From Mobula birostris (lineage: Eukaryota): a stretch of DNA of 64,000 bases. The stretch covers positions 8,281,223 to 8,345,222 of the forward strand of contig NC_092391.1 in NCBI RefSeq assembly GCF_030028105.1. Direction: 5' to 3'. Position numbers and translations under genes: made by a program. The notes under the pieces were generated by a model. The model had not been told where the DNA came from. It saw only the letters and a program-made list of their open reading frames with translations, and ran no database searches. Below, in pieces: positions 25,103-37,564 of this stretch (position 1 is the stretch's first letter; each line of letters starts with the position of its first letter).

Positions 25103-27654
25103 GTTAGTGGGGCCTCCCATCATTCTGTACCCAATCTCGCAAGTTCAAGTTTACTGTCATCTGACCGTACGTATACACAACGTACATCACAATTGGGTTT
25201 CTGAATGTCAGCCAATCAGCTGATTGATAAGCATATACAGGCCAAGCATTCGGAGGACACAGCACGACCAGCAGCGCACTGATGATGTCTCCTCATCGGG
25301 TGACAGAACATTTGCAAGTAAATTACCAAGACTGGGGAATAACTCAACTCAACCATATATATATATATAGCCAAACAAAACAGTGTCCCTCTAAACCACA
25401 GTGCAGCCATAATACATATATCACATAACACATATATCAAACACAACACATAAAACAAAATATCACCACAAATAAGTTAATAAAATGTAATTCAAAATGC
25501 ATGCAGTGTGCAGCACAGATAGACAGTAAACAGCTCACCGTCCTAGTGATGAGACCTCGGTGGTGACAGGGTACTCGTTAGTCTCACAGCCTGAGGGAAG
25601 AAGTTGTTACCCAGTCTGGCAGACCTAGTCCTGATGCTCCTGTACCTCCTTCTTGAGGGTAGTGGGTCAGAGAGATTGGGGATGGGTGGTAGGGATCCTC
25701 AACATTGCTACGGGCCCTTCATCTGCAACATTCCTGGTAAATGCCATTGCTACTGTGTGGAAACCGGAATCTCCGGAGCTGAAGGCCCCAAAATCCTCGG
25801 CTTTGCATGTTTCAGCGGCCGGGGAGAGGTCGAAGGCGCTCGGCAGAGGATGGCACTCGGGAGGCTGTATCGGAGAGGCTGGTCGGAAGCTCAAAGTTTT
25901 CGGACGGACGGACTCAGTGTCGGCTGCTTCCAAGGTATCGGCAAGTTGACGGTGCCTGGAGGTTTATAGCAGGGAGTTTCTCCCTTTTTGCCGCCTGCTA
26001 TCGGGGACTCGGGAGTCGATCGACTCGGGGACTTTTGAGACTTTATTTACCGTGCCCATGGTTTGTTCTTCATCAAATTATGGTATTGCTTTGCACTGCT
26101 GTAACTAGATGTTATAATGATGTGGTTTTGTCAGTGTTAGTCTTTGGTTTGTCCCGTTTTCTGTGATATCACTCCAGAGAAACATTGTATCATTTCTTAA
26201 TGCATGTATGCATTTCTAAATGACAATAAAAGAGGACTGAGTGTTCTCATAATCTAAAAAAAAAGCCACAAACAGGGAGGAAGGGAGACCCTGGAGATCC
26301 CCTCAGCAGCTTTTACTATCATCTGTAGAGTCTTGCAGTGTGATACCCCCATACCACATCTATAAATTGCCCCTTATCCCACCCTGTCGTTTTATCACTG
26401 ATTTGGGCAGCTGGAAGGGATGCTTCAGGCCCTTTGTTTACAACACTTCCGGTAAATGTGAAGGCCAAGTCACTGGGCATGTTTCCAGTGAAAGGTGATA
26501 GTTTCTTAATTAGTAAGGATGTGTCAGGTTACGAAGAGAAGGCAGAAGAATGGGGTTGAAAGAGAAAATAAATCAGCCATGATCAAATGGCAGAGCAGGC
26601 TTGATGGGCTGAATGGCTTCATTCTGCTCCTGTGTTGAATGGTCTAAAAAGGGAATGAGGGGCAACGCCTTCACAGAGAGGGTGGCCTCTGTTTGGAATG
26701 TGTTGCCAGAAGTGGTTGAGTTAGCATGGAGCAGTTGGACCGAAGGGTCTGTTTTCTGTGCTGTAATTGAGCATTGTTAATGCAGTAAAGTCTAATCCCC
26801 ACATCTATAAATCTGCCCCACCCCACCCCGTCGCTTTATCACTCAGTGGATGTTTATAGTCTGTACTCTTCAACTGTTACACCCAGCAGCTTCCAAAGGG
26901 AATGAAGGAGTAATAATCTCCTTGGACCTTCTGAGCTGCAGGCAGAACCAGAATCAGGCTAACTATCACTGACGTGACATGAAGTGTGTTGTTTCGCAGT
27001 GGCAGTACAGTGCAAAGACATAAAATTGTTCTAAGTTACAGAAATAAATACATAGTGTCGAGGTAGTGTTCACAGATTCATGGACCGTCCAGAGATTCAA
27101 TGGTGGAAATCTGATGGGAAGAAGCAGATCCACACATTGAGTGTGGGTCTTCAGGCTCCTGTACCTCCTCCTTGATGGTAGTAATGAAAAAAGAGTATGT
27201 CCGGGATTCTCACTGTCCTTAATGTTGAATGCCATCTTCTTGAGGCATCGCCTGTTGAAGATGTCCTTGATGATGGAGAGGTCTGTGCCCGTGATGAAGC
27301 TGGCCTAGTCTACAAACCGTCTGCAGTCTCTTGTGATCCTGTGCACTGGAGCCTCCTTACCAGAAAGTGATGCATCTCTATTGTACACCTATTGAAAGTC
27401 ATAAATACTCTCTAATGACATACCAAACCTCCTCATGAAACGCAAAACCTGTTGCGCCTTCTTCCTGATTGTATCAATGTGTTGGGCCCAGGATAGATCT
27501 CCTGAGATGTGGACACCCAGGAACTTGAAGCTGTTCACCCTTTCCATGGCTGACCTCTCAACGAGGACAGTTCTCATGACTTTCCCTTCCTGAAGTCCCC
27601 AGTCAATTCGTTGGTCTTGCTGACATTGGGGGCAAGGTTGTTACAACACCACTC

Positions 27655-27910
27655 AACCAATCTGCTTACCTTGCTCCTGTATGATCAACCTACCTTGCTC
27701 CTGTATGATCAACCTAACTTGCTCCTGTATGATCAACCTACCTTGATGTATGATCAACCTACCTTGCTCCTGTATGATCAACCTACTTTGATGTATGATC
27801 AACCTACCTTGCTCCTGTATGATCAACCTACTTTGATGTATGATCAACCTACCTTGCTCCTGTATGATCAACCTACCTTGATGTATGATCAACCTACCTT
27901 GCTCCTGTAC
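27655..27910. repeat. Tandem repeat of alternating 24- and 21-bp units within a Rex1 fragment
   Basis: CAACCTACCTTGCTCCTGTATGAT / CAACCTACCTTGATGTATGAT. Confidence 0.9.
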
Positions 27911-28065
27911 ACCTTCTCATTGATATGTGAGATTTCACCGATGTCACTGATAAATTTATAGATGCCTTTTGAGATGTGCCTAGCCAAACAGTCACGAGTG
28001 TGGAAGGAGTAGAGCAGTGGGCTAAGCACACATCCTTGAGGTGCGCCAGTGTTGATAATCAGGGA

Positions 28066-28388
28066 CAATGTTCCCTCCACACTTTTTAACAGCTGCAAGG
28101 TCCAACCATTCCACTGAGTAGGAAATTTTTACATGGCCTGAAAACTGTGCAGCACTTTAAATGTTTTTTTTAATATAGTAGGCCAACAATGAATATCTAG
28201 AATGAGAATTGAAAAGTCACATACATTTAATTTTATTAATTGAAGGGTAAAATGAAATACAGTACAACAAAGGAAATCTTTCACATTTTGTAAACTTTTC
28301 TCGCCTATCCAATTACAGCTGTGCAGCAACAAAGGCTATGTACGCGGGCGCAATTACTGTGCGGCCACGCAGCTTCGAGGGAACAGTG
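28066..28388. mobile_element. hAT MITE
   Basis: TIR CAATGTTCCCTC / GAGGGAACAGTG, 8-bp TSD ATCAGGGA/ATCGGGGG. Interrupts a Rex1 RT fragment. Confidence 0.75.
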
Positions 28389-29215
28389 ATCGGGGGTGGA
28401 GGAGATGTTTGTTACTCCTCTGCACTGACTGTGGTCTCCCATACACCGGACAGAGTGCTCACTGTTTCCTGCAGGATTACTCCACTCGAAGATCCCGCCA
28501 CTCCATAAAAGCTTTTCCAGAGGGAGGTGATGGGGTTTGAATTCGATCAAGTACTCCACAATGAAAGACAATAGTTGATCAGCGACCGTGTGGACACTTT
28601 ACTTACAGTTGTCGTTGGTTTACAAAACATCCCTAGCTTTTGACAGGGTTCAATTCTAGCATGCCGATACAACGGCAGTGACTGGGTTCAGTCCCACTGC
28701 TGTCTCTAAGGGGTTTCTACATTCTCCCCGTGACCGGGTGGGTTTGCTCCAGGGGCTCTGGTTTCCTCCCACATTCTAAAGACACGCAGGTTAGTAGGTT
28801 AATTGGTCACATGGGTATAATTAGGCAGTGCGGAAACATTTTCCTAGAAGGGCTTGTTACTTTAAATACTAAATAATGCATGAAGTCAGAAATGAACAGC
28901 AGTGTGTAGGAAGGGGTTATGTTTTGTAACTTTAAGGCATTAAACTAATTGTAAGGAAGGCACAGCAGGCCATAAAGTCTAACTTTGCTTGAAGCGAGGC
29001 GTGTATGTTTCACGTGGTAACATCATGGTACATGCAATTCACATATTTATACATATAACCCATAATAAATTATTTAAACAAACAAGAATGCTTGATCAAC
29101 CAATATATTACTCAAATATTACTGAAATATTAAATCACAGCTGAAAGGGACACAGAAATGGTGGTGATGGGGGAGTGTGCTGGCGCCCGGGACAAATTTC
29201 CTCAGTAATCCCAGC

Positions 29216-29556
29216 CAGTGTTCTCTTGAATTTGTAATGACTGGTGTGCACAGTGTTATGCTGTACAATTGTTTCGCCCAGTGGCAACAACATGTGCGCA
29301 CTGAATAATTTCTTCAAAACTATATAAATAAGCCAATTCTAAAATCTGCAGACAAATCATCACAAGCTCCACGTTGTCAACACTGTCTGCATCGGAAATC
29401 GGAAAAAGAAATGTGATTGTGTCCGATCGTGAAATATACTTAACATGCCAACGGGGTGGAGGGTGACAAGCTTTTGTGCGCGGTTTAAATTCCTTTGTAC
29501 GCTAGTATCAAAGGATGTGTGCATACACACATGCGGACACCTCAGAGAGAGCATTC
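29216..29556. mobile_element. hAT MITE
   Basis: TIR CAGTGTTCTCT / AGAGAGCATTC, 8-bp TSD ATCCCAGC/GTCCCAGC. Confidence 0.7.
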
Positions 29557-29811
29557 GTCCCAGCTGACTGTTTTGGCTCAGGTAGGATGGGAGGGAGAGG
29601 GCACTCGGAAATGCCAGGGAAAGATGCCCGCAGCCCCAGAGCAACAGGGGTAGGTGCCATCCCCATCCACCACCCCCCCCAAAAAAAAGTTCGTATTTAC
29701 AAAGTGTCCATAAGTTGGTTGTTTGTAACCCAGGGACGACTGGTTTTTATTTAGTCTCACATTGTGACTATGGGCGGCACGGTAGTGTAGTGGTTGGCGC
29801 AACACTATTAC

Positions 29812-30116
29812 AGAGCCCTCTGCCTGTTTCACACTCTCCCTGTGACCGTGTCGGTTGTCTCTGGGTGCTCCAGTTCCCTCCCACAGTCACAGTGACAGTG
29901 ACGCTGTGACGGTGACACTGTGACAGAGCCACTCTGCCTGTTTCACACTCTCCCTGTGACCGTGTCGGTTGTCTCCAGGTGCTCCAGTTCCCTCCCACAG
30001 TCAGAGTGACAGTGACGCTGTGACGGTGACACTGTGACAGAGCCACTCTGCCTGTTTCACACTCTCCCTGTGACCGTGTCGGTTGTCTCCAGGTGCTCCA
30101 GTTCCCTCCCACAGTC
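29812..30116. repeat. 114-bp tandem duplication (about 2.6 copies) inside a V-SINE
   Basis: CTCTGCCTGTTTCACACTCTCCCTGTGACC starts at 29818, 29932 and 30046. Confidence 0.9.
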
Positions 30117-30580
30117 CGAAGTTGGAACTGGGCGGCGCGGGCTGGCTGGGCTGGAAGGGCTTGTTGCCGTGCTGCCTCTCAAAATAATAAAAGCAGCACA
30201 AATTCCTTCAACACCTTTACAGAGACCAATTCGGAGAATATTTTATTTGCATTACATGGGACCTTGGGATCTTTCCCTGGGACATTTTGGAATCTGAATT
30301 AAGCAATTTGGTTTTCATTCTAAACCCAGGAGGGTACGATTTCGCATGTTGTATCAACTCAGGCAGCACAGTGATGTTAAAGCAATAGATACTATGAATT
30401 GGCTCTCCTGATAAAGGAACGAGATTGTGTAATAAACAGCAATGAGGTTAATGCTTTACTGACTCTGCCCCAGTCAAAGTTCAAAGCAAATTTTATTCTC
30501 AAAGTACATATATGTCACCATATACAACACCGAGGTTCATTGCATAACTCTAAAGTAATTAAAGTTTTCTCGTCAAGCAG

Positions 30581-30661
30581 CTAGGTCAACCCTTGAAGAA
30601 ACTCTTGGGGCATCACAACGTCATCAAAACCTGTGCGTTTTCATACCATGGAGAATACTTG
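30581..30661 (+). CDS. WDR38: WDR38 exon 5 (LGQPLKKLLGHHNVIKTCAFSYHGEYL)
   Basis: Acceptor AAGCAG|, donor TTG|GTAAGC, 81 nt phase 0/0, contains the GH dipeptide of a WD repeat. Confidence 0.9.
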
Positions 30662-31404
30662 GTAAGCTGACTTCCTCCAGCCCATTTCCCATTATACCCA
30701 CTGCACTAGGCTTAGATCTACAGCATCTTTTAACCAAGTGAAAGCTGGAAGGCTTTAAGTATTGGTGAACGTGTGCAAAGGTTGAAGTTGTAACAATATA
30801 AAATTTTTTTAAAGGAAAATGGGTAACAAAAAATCGCTAATGCACGGTGACACAGTAGTTAGCGCAATCGCCACACATCGTCAGGAACCCCCAACCAGGG
30901 TTGGGTTCACACCACCGTCTGTAGGGAGCTTGTACATTCTGCCCGTGGCTACACGAATTTCCTCTGGGTGTCGATTTCCTCTCACCTTCTAAAGATATAC
31001 AGGTTAGGAGTAGATTTGATGCAAATGACGCATTGCACTGTGTGTTTCGGTGTATACAGGACAAGCAAAGCTAATCTTACTTATACAGGATCGGGGTAGG
31101 GAGTGGGATGGATTAAAAAATTGGGAATTAAAACACAGCTGGAATAAGGGGTGCAGTTCTGTCCACAAATCGGGGTCCAAGTCCACGTGTACACTGCAGT
31201 TCTGTCCAGCAATCCAGGGGCTGAGTCCACATGTATACAGCAATTCTGTCCACCAGTCCAAGGGCCAATCACTCATGAAGAGCCTGCCCACACCTCAGAA
31301 ACAACACCCACGGCCCAGAATTAATCAGGACAAAAAAATACATGAAAAACTAAAAACCCCGCAATTAAAATGCCCTATGCACATCTGAAAGACTAAGCCA
31401 CATC

Positions 31405-32115
31405 TCCATAAGACCATAAGATATAGGAACAGCATTAGGCCATTTGGCCAATTGAGTCTGCTCTGCCATTTCATCACGGCTCAATCTCCTGCCTTCTCTC
31501 CAAATCCCTTCATGCTCTGACCAATCAACCTCTGCCTTAAGAATTTACCCAATGACTTGGCCACCACAGCCACCTGAGGAGGTTCACCACTCTCTGACTC
31601 AAGAAATCCTTCCTCATTTCGGTTCTGAACGATGTCCTTCTATTCTAAGGCTGTGTCCTCTGGTCTTAGACTCCCTCACCATAGGAAACATCTTCTCCAC
31701 ATCCACTCGACTGAGGCCTTTCATCATTTGATAGGTTTCAATGAGTTCACCCCTCGTCCAGTGAGTAGTGGCCCAGAGCCGTCAAATGCTTCTCATATGA
31801 CAAGCCTTTCAATCCCAGAATCATTTTTGTGAACCTCCTTTGAACCCTCTCCAATGTCAGCACATCTTTTCTTAGATAAAGGGCCCTAAACTGCTCACAA
31901 TACTCCAAGTGAGGCCTCACCAGTGCTTCATAAAGTCTCAGCATTCCATCCTTGCTTTTATATTCCAATCCTCTTGAAATGAATGCCAACATTGCATTTG
32001 CCTTCCTCACCACAGACTCAACCTGCAAATTACCCTTTAGTGAGTCCTGCACAAGGACTCCCAAAACCTTTAAAACCTCAGGTTTTTGAATTTTCTCTCC
32101 ATTTAGAAAATAATC
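31405..32115 (-). mobile_element. CR1 LINE 3' fragment
   Basis: ORF 31747-32118 [30 protein letters not shown]. Confidence 0.9.
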
Positions 32116-32609
32116 CAATGAAATTGTTCAATGTTTGCTAGTAAATGTTTTCACCAGCAACTTCTCACTCAGAGGAAGGTGCGAGTGTGAGATAAGCTGC
32201 CAGCAGAAGGGGTCGATGCGGGTTCAGTTGAGAATCAGGGTCAGAGTTGGGTTTAATGTCACTGGCATATGTCATGAAATATGCTATTTTACGGCAGCAG
32301 TACACTGCAATACATAATAAAAAATAAATTACAATAAAAATATGCATATAAAAATTAAATTAATTAAATAGTGCAAAAAAAAAGAGGAGATAGTGAGGTA
32401 GAGTACATGGTTCATTGTCTGTTCAGAAATCTAATAGCGACGGGGAACATGCTGCTCTTAAAACGTTGGGTGTGTGTCTTCAGGCTCCTGTACCTCCCCC
32501 TTGATGAGAAAAGGGCATTTCTGGGTGATAGGAGTCCTTAATGATAGATGCTGCATTTTTGAGGCATCGCCTTTTGAAGATTGCAACATTTACAACACCT
32601 TTTTACAAT

Positions 32610-35600
32610 ACTGAAATTCTTACTTGCCAGGTAGCCATGAAACCAAGAAAGAAAAGAATGGCAGCACGATTGTCAACCCCCAAATCCCTCCTCCCCGCAC
32701 AAAAAAAAACAAAAAATGGAACAGGCACATCGACCCCCAAATCCCCCCCTCCTGACCGGAAGATTTGTGACCTCTTCCGGTCAAGATGGCGCCTGTGAAC
32801 AAAGCTCGTTCAGTCGACATCTTCTAAATCAATGATTCCCGACAGCGGTGGTATCACCCCCCCCCCCCCAGGGTGCGGTTATGTGTCCAAAGGGGGCGTT
32901 AGGGGAAATAGAAGTTTCGGGGGGAGGCATTAAGGATTCTTGGGGGGGGGGGGTGATGACAAGCAGCACACTAACTTGAAGCACGAGACCTGAATGACTG
33001 TGTCAACTCGCTGCTGACGTCAACATCCGATAGGCATTCCCTGTTAGTGTTAATTTTTTTATTTTAATTTAGCCCCATAAATAATGGATAAATATGTACG
33101 GCGTGATTTCTATGAGTCTGAGGGTGGTGACGCCTTGAACTCTAATCTGGCTAAGAAACAAAAACCACAGAAAGTGTGTCAGTACAATATTGGATACCTA
33201 GAGTATGATTTTATTCTACTCCCATCAGATCAGCAACACCCCATGTGTCTTATTTGTAATACTGTACTGTCTAATGAAGCCATGAAACCAGCAAGATTGC
33301 AGGGACACTTCCATAAAAGACACCCTGAAAGGTTACTAATGGTATTACTCAGTTCTAGAGGATGGAAGAATTATTCGAAAAGCATTGCACACTCAAATCA
33401 TTTGCCAAGAAAGCTAAAAGTGACCTCGATAGTGGTCTCATTGCTTCTTAGGACATTTCTAAAATGATAGAAAAGTGTGGAGAATCTCATATAATTGGTG
33501 AAAGATTAAAATTACCTGTTGTATCAGATGTATTCACCACTGTTCTCAAAATGGATACCAGTATTTTAAAGTCAATTCCTCTGAGTAATAACTCGGTAGC
33601 TTGTCATATTGATGAAATGAGTGAAGACATTGAGCATCAACTATGCACAGAGCTACAAAAAACAGAATTTGGGATACAACTGGATGAGTCATCTGTGCGA
33701 GGCATATGTACGGTTTATCAAAAATGGAAAAATTTATGAAGAGATTCTCTTTTGTAAAAAGTTAAAAACAAATATCAACAGAGAACCAATCTACGACAAG
33801 CTCAAAATGTATATTGAGGATAAAAGTGGAACATGATTTCTTGCGCCACAGATGGACCACCATATAATGACAATATATAAATATATAAACCACCAGCCAT
33901 GCTGGTTTAGTGGCATTTATGAAAAAAGAAATTCCAAGTGTTTGCAATCCATTGTGTAATTCATTGTCAACATCTCACAGCTAAAAACGGCAGCCAACGA
34001 CTTCTATCAAACATGACTTGTAATACCTGCTATCAACAAAATTAAAGCAAATCCATTAACTAGCAGAATATTTCACCAGTTTTGCCAAGATAACAATGAA
34101 TTTTGAATGCTTGCTTTTTCACACTGCCATGTGTTGGCTGTCAAAAGGCTGCAGCTTAAAACGTTTCTTTGATCTTTTTGACACTGTCGTTGAATTTTTG
34201 CTCAAATTCAACAAGAGCTTGGGAAACAACATTGAACTTCTATGTGGAGATGTGGCATACCTTAGCGAATCTGTATGACAAAATGAACATTCTAAATATG
34301 AAACTGCAGGGTGAGAATCTCAATTTAATCCGGGGGAAAGTGCAGTGTCCACTTTTATCAGAAAATTGGAAAGAAATAAGCAAAACATTGGGAGAGGAAT
34401 GTTCTCACAATATCCCAGCATGGAAACTATGGCACTCTCTTTCACAGACAGTGATTTGCAAGAGTGCTGCTTACACCTGGAGTCACAGAAGAGGGATTTT
34501 CAAAATCGATTCAAGGATTTGAACAATCTAGAAATTCTGGACTGAGTAATTAACCCATTTCTTCACAAAGGTGGTGGAAGACAGGAAGAGAGCTTGCAAG
34601 AAGAAATTATCAAAATTCAGAATGATGAAGAAGCAAAAATGCTTTTGTGGTATGTGGGTACACTGTCATATGAAGTTTCCTGGTCTTTGGAGAAGAGCCA
34701 ACTGCTCTTCATTGCATTTTACATTCTCCTACCTTGTTGAAAGAGGCTGTGAACCACATACTCACAAAAAACAAAAAAAACGATTGGACATTGCTACACG
34801 TGGAGACTTAACACTTTTGCTGCCACAACCTGAACCAGATAGTTCAACTCTTGCTAAAATCCATCAAGCTCAAGGATCACATTGATATTGAAGCTGCTGT
34901 ACAGCACACAGGCACTGTGTAAGCGAGGTTTAAAGACAAATAAACATTTTAAGCAGAATTATTTTTCTCATGTTATCATATGGTAGACATGTTTTTACAC
35001 TATGAAAGTATATTGTGCCTGAGAGGGGCATTGGCAAGTACGAAGGTGCTGGGCTAAAAAAAGTTGGAAAAACACTGTTCTAGATAGATCATGAAACCAT
35101 ATCCAGGAGGCAGAGGCAGTGTGCGAGAACCTTGCGGCGAGAAGGCTACAAGCTGATGTTTGACTCCATTTTGCCAAATAAGGAGATGAGGGAGATTGAA
35201 ACACCGGCTGCCTGCCTTCTTATTGCTGGGGAACCACTCTGCTGCTGGAAAGGGGAGACTACATCTTTATTACTGGTGAGATCACTCTGCTAAGGAGAGG
35301 GAGATTCCCTTTTTTATTACTGGTAAGATCACTCTGCTATGGAGAGGGGAGACTGTCTTTTTATCGCTGGTGAGATTGCTCTGCTACAGACCGGGAGAAT
35401 GTGAGAATGTTGCCCAGGTTTTCTGCATTTTGGATGTGGGTTTTTTTTGTATTCTGTGTTTTTCGCCCTATCTTTCTCTTTTATTTTTGTTTGCGGGCGA
35501 AGGGGGATTTGGGGGTCGATGTGCCTGTTCAGTTTTTGTTCATTTTTGTTGTTTGGGGGGAGGGATTTGGGGGTTGATGATTGTGCTGCCATTCCTTTCT

Positions 35601-35675
35601 TTCTTGGTTTCGTGGCTATCTGGAGAAGAAGAGTTTCAGAGTTGTATACTTTTATAATAAATGAACCTTTGATTT
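32610..35675. mobile_element. Non-autonomous host element with about 150-bp inverted terminal copies (Penelope-like architecture), interrupted by the hAT
   Basis: 32610-32752 is the reverse complement of about 35500-35642. CAAGATGGCGCC head; internal roughly 45-bp repeats at 35215-35390. Confidence 0.55.
32830..35077 (+). mobile_element. Full-length hAT Buster/Charlie transposon fossil (ZBED8/ZBED5-like transposase pseudogene, 33084-34885)
   Basis: TIR CAATGATTCCC / GGAAAAACACTG, 8-bp TSD TTCTAAAT/TTCTAGAT with central TA. Zinc finger CLICNTVLSNEAMKP..HFHKRH, plus IQLDES, ATDG, YLVERG and QAQGSH* motifs. Multiple frameshifts. Confidence 0.92.
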
Positions 35676-36245
35676 AAGAGAAGTTTGGGTAAGTATATGG
35701 TTGGGAGGGGTATGGAGGGTTATGGTTCAAGTGTGGGGTCAATGAGATTATTCAGAATAACAGCTCAGTACAGACTAGTTCAAAGTACATATATGTCACC
35801 GTATACAGCCCTGAGATTCATTTTCCTGTGGGCATACTCAGCAAGTCTATAGAATAGTAACTATAACAGGATCAATGAAAGAAGACAACACTGTTCAAAT
35901 GCAAATATAAATAAATAGTAATAAATAACAAGAACATGAGATTTTGAGATAAAAAGTCCTTGAAAGTGAGATCACTGGTTGTGTGAACATGGATGGGCAA
36001 GTGAGTGTAGTTATCACCTTTTGGTTGTGGGGTAGTAACTGTTCTTGAACTTGGTGTTGCGAGTCCTGAGGCTTTTGTACCTTCCATCTGATGGCAGCAG
36101 TGAGGAAAGAGCACGGCCTGGGTGGTGAGGATCTCAGATGAGGGAGAATTGGGAAGTAGGGCCTGTTTCTGTGCTGTAGTTCTCTGTGACTCAGTTTTCC
36201 GGGCCAGAGAGTGTGTTTGAGTAAACAATTGTTCTACTTGTACAG

Positions 36246-36365
36246 GCCACTGGATCCTGGGATTTTAAAGTGATCCTCTGGAGTTTACAAAGCACGTGTC
36301 AAGTGATTCTGCACGGTCACACGGGCAACATCAGTTGCGTTGCCTTCTCTAACATTGGGATGCTG
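36246..36365 (+). CDS. WDR38: WDR38 exon 6 (ATGSWDFKVILWSLQSTCQVILHGHTGNISCVAFSNIGML)
   Basis: Acceptor TGTACAG|, donor CTG|GTAAGA, 120 nt, ATGSWD and GH..NISC motifs. Confidence 0.93.
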
Positions 36366-37291
36366 GTAAGATGAACTGTACAATTCAGTAGAAACAACAG
36401 GTATTAGGGCAAGCAGACACACTCTCACCTGCACAACGGCCGTGGGCCCAATACAAGCCAGGCTGCTTGAGACTAGGTTATGCAGGGAAAAGTTGTCTAG
36501 CAACATCCCTCCTCCATCACTCCACTGAAACAAGCTGCTTTCACTCGGTATAAGAACAAGGATCTTAGCCAGAAACGTGGACTGTTTAGTCTTTTCCGTG
36601 GGTGCTGAATAGGCCTGCTGAGTTCCTCCAGCATTTTGTGTGTACTACTAAGAACAAGGACTGTCAGGCTGGGTAACAGCTTCTTTCCCCAGGCTGTGAG
36701 ACTTCTGAACACCCTGCTACCACCCAGTCCACACCAGTAGTGTTTTATTATTTATTTATTTAGAGATACAATGCGGAGCGGGCCCTTCAGGACCGACAAG
36801 CCACGCCGTCCAGCAACCCAGCAGGTTAACCCTAACCACAGGACAATTTGCAATGACCAGTTATACCAACCAGTACAACACTGGACTGTCAGAGGAAACC
36901 AGAGCACCTGGAGGAAACCCACACAATCACCAGGGGAACATACAAACTCCTCACAGACTGCACTGGAATTGAGCTCCTACCCCTGAAGCCTCAAGCTGTA
37001 ACAGCGTTGCACTACTGTTGTAAATTTAACTGTGTCATAAATGTACATCTACTGATTTTTTAAAAAATTATCTGTTAATATTATTTTATGTGCTGTATGT
37101 GATATATGTACTGTGTTTTGCAGCTTGGTGCCTGAGGAACATTGTTTCATTTAGCCGTATACAAGTGTACAGCTAATAAACTTAAAGTTGAACTTTTAAT
37201 ATGATCAAGAAGGCAAATTAGGAAAAAATATACGTGATAGTTTAAAAGAACTGCATCAAAACTGTATTCCATCTGATGTATCCTTTCATAG

Positions 37292-37441
37292 GCTTCAGGT
37301 TCCTGGGATAAGACTGTGCGTGTATGGGATCCAAGGAATGGGATCCTGATCTTTCTCCTGGAAAACCATAGCCACCATCTTCTGGCCCTCTCCTTCTCTC
37401 TGGATGCAATTCTCCTGATGACAGCAGCAGAAGATGGAACG
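37292..37441 (+). CDS. WDR38: WDR38 exon 7 (ASGSWDKTVRVWDPRNGILIFLLENHSHHLLALSFSLDAILLMTAAEDGT)
   Basis: Acceptor TTTCATAG|, donor ACG|GTACGG, 150 nt, ASGSWDKT motif. Confidence 0.93.
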
Positions 37442-37516
37442 GTACGGTTGAAATGAAACTGAAATTCTTGTGGTGTGTAATCATCCAGGCTGACTAATTG
37501 TGACCTATTCAACCAG

Positions 37517-37564
37517 GTTCGTGTGTGGGATTGTGAAGATGGAAAATGTAAGCGGGTCTTAGAG
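37517..37564 (+). CDS. WDR38: WDR38 exon 8 (VRVWDCEDGKCKRVLE)
   Basis: Acceptor AACCAG|, donor GAG|GTAATG, preceded by a 75-nt intron. Confidence 0.92.

Noticed and set aside
33084-34885. Domesticated ZBED8/SCAND3-like host gene
   Set aside because: Multiple frameshifts and stops, with intact TIR and TSD, indicate a dead transposon.
37278-37286. U12 donor consensus GTATCCTTT in WDR38 intron 6 (also ATATCCTTT at about 47583)
   Set aside because: It is part of the pyrimidine tract of a normal AG acceptor. About one chance hit is expected in 64 kb, and no matching exon or branch point was found.
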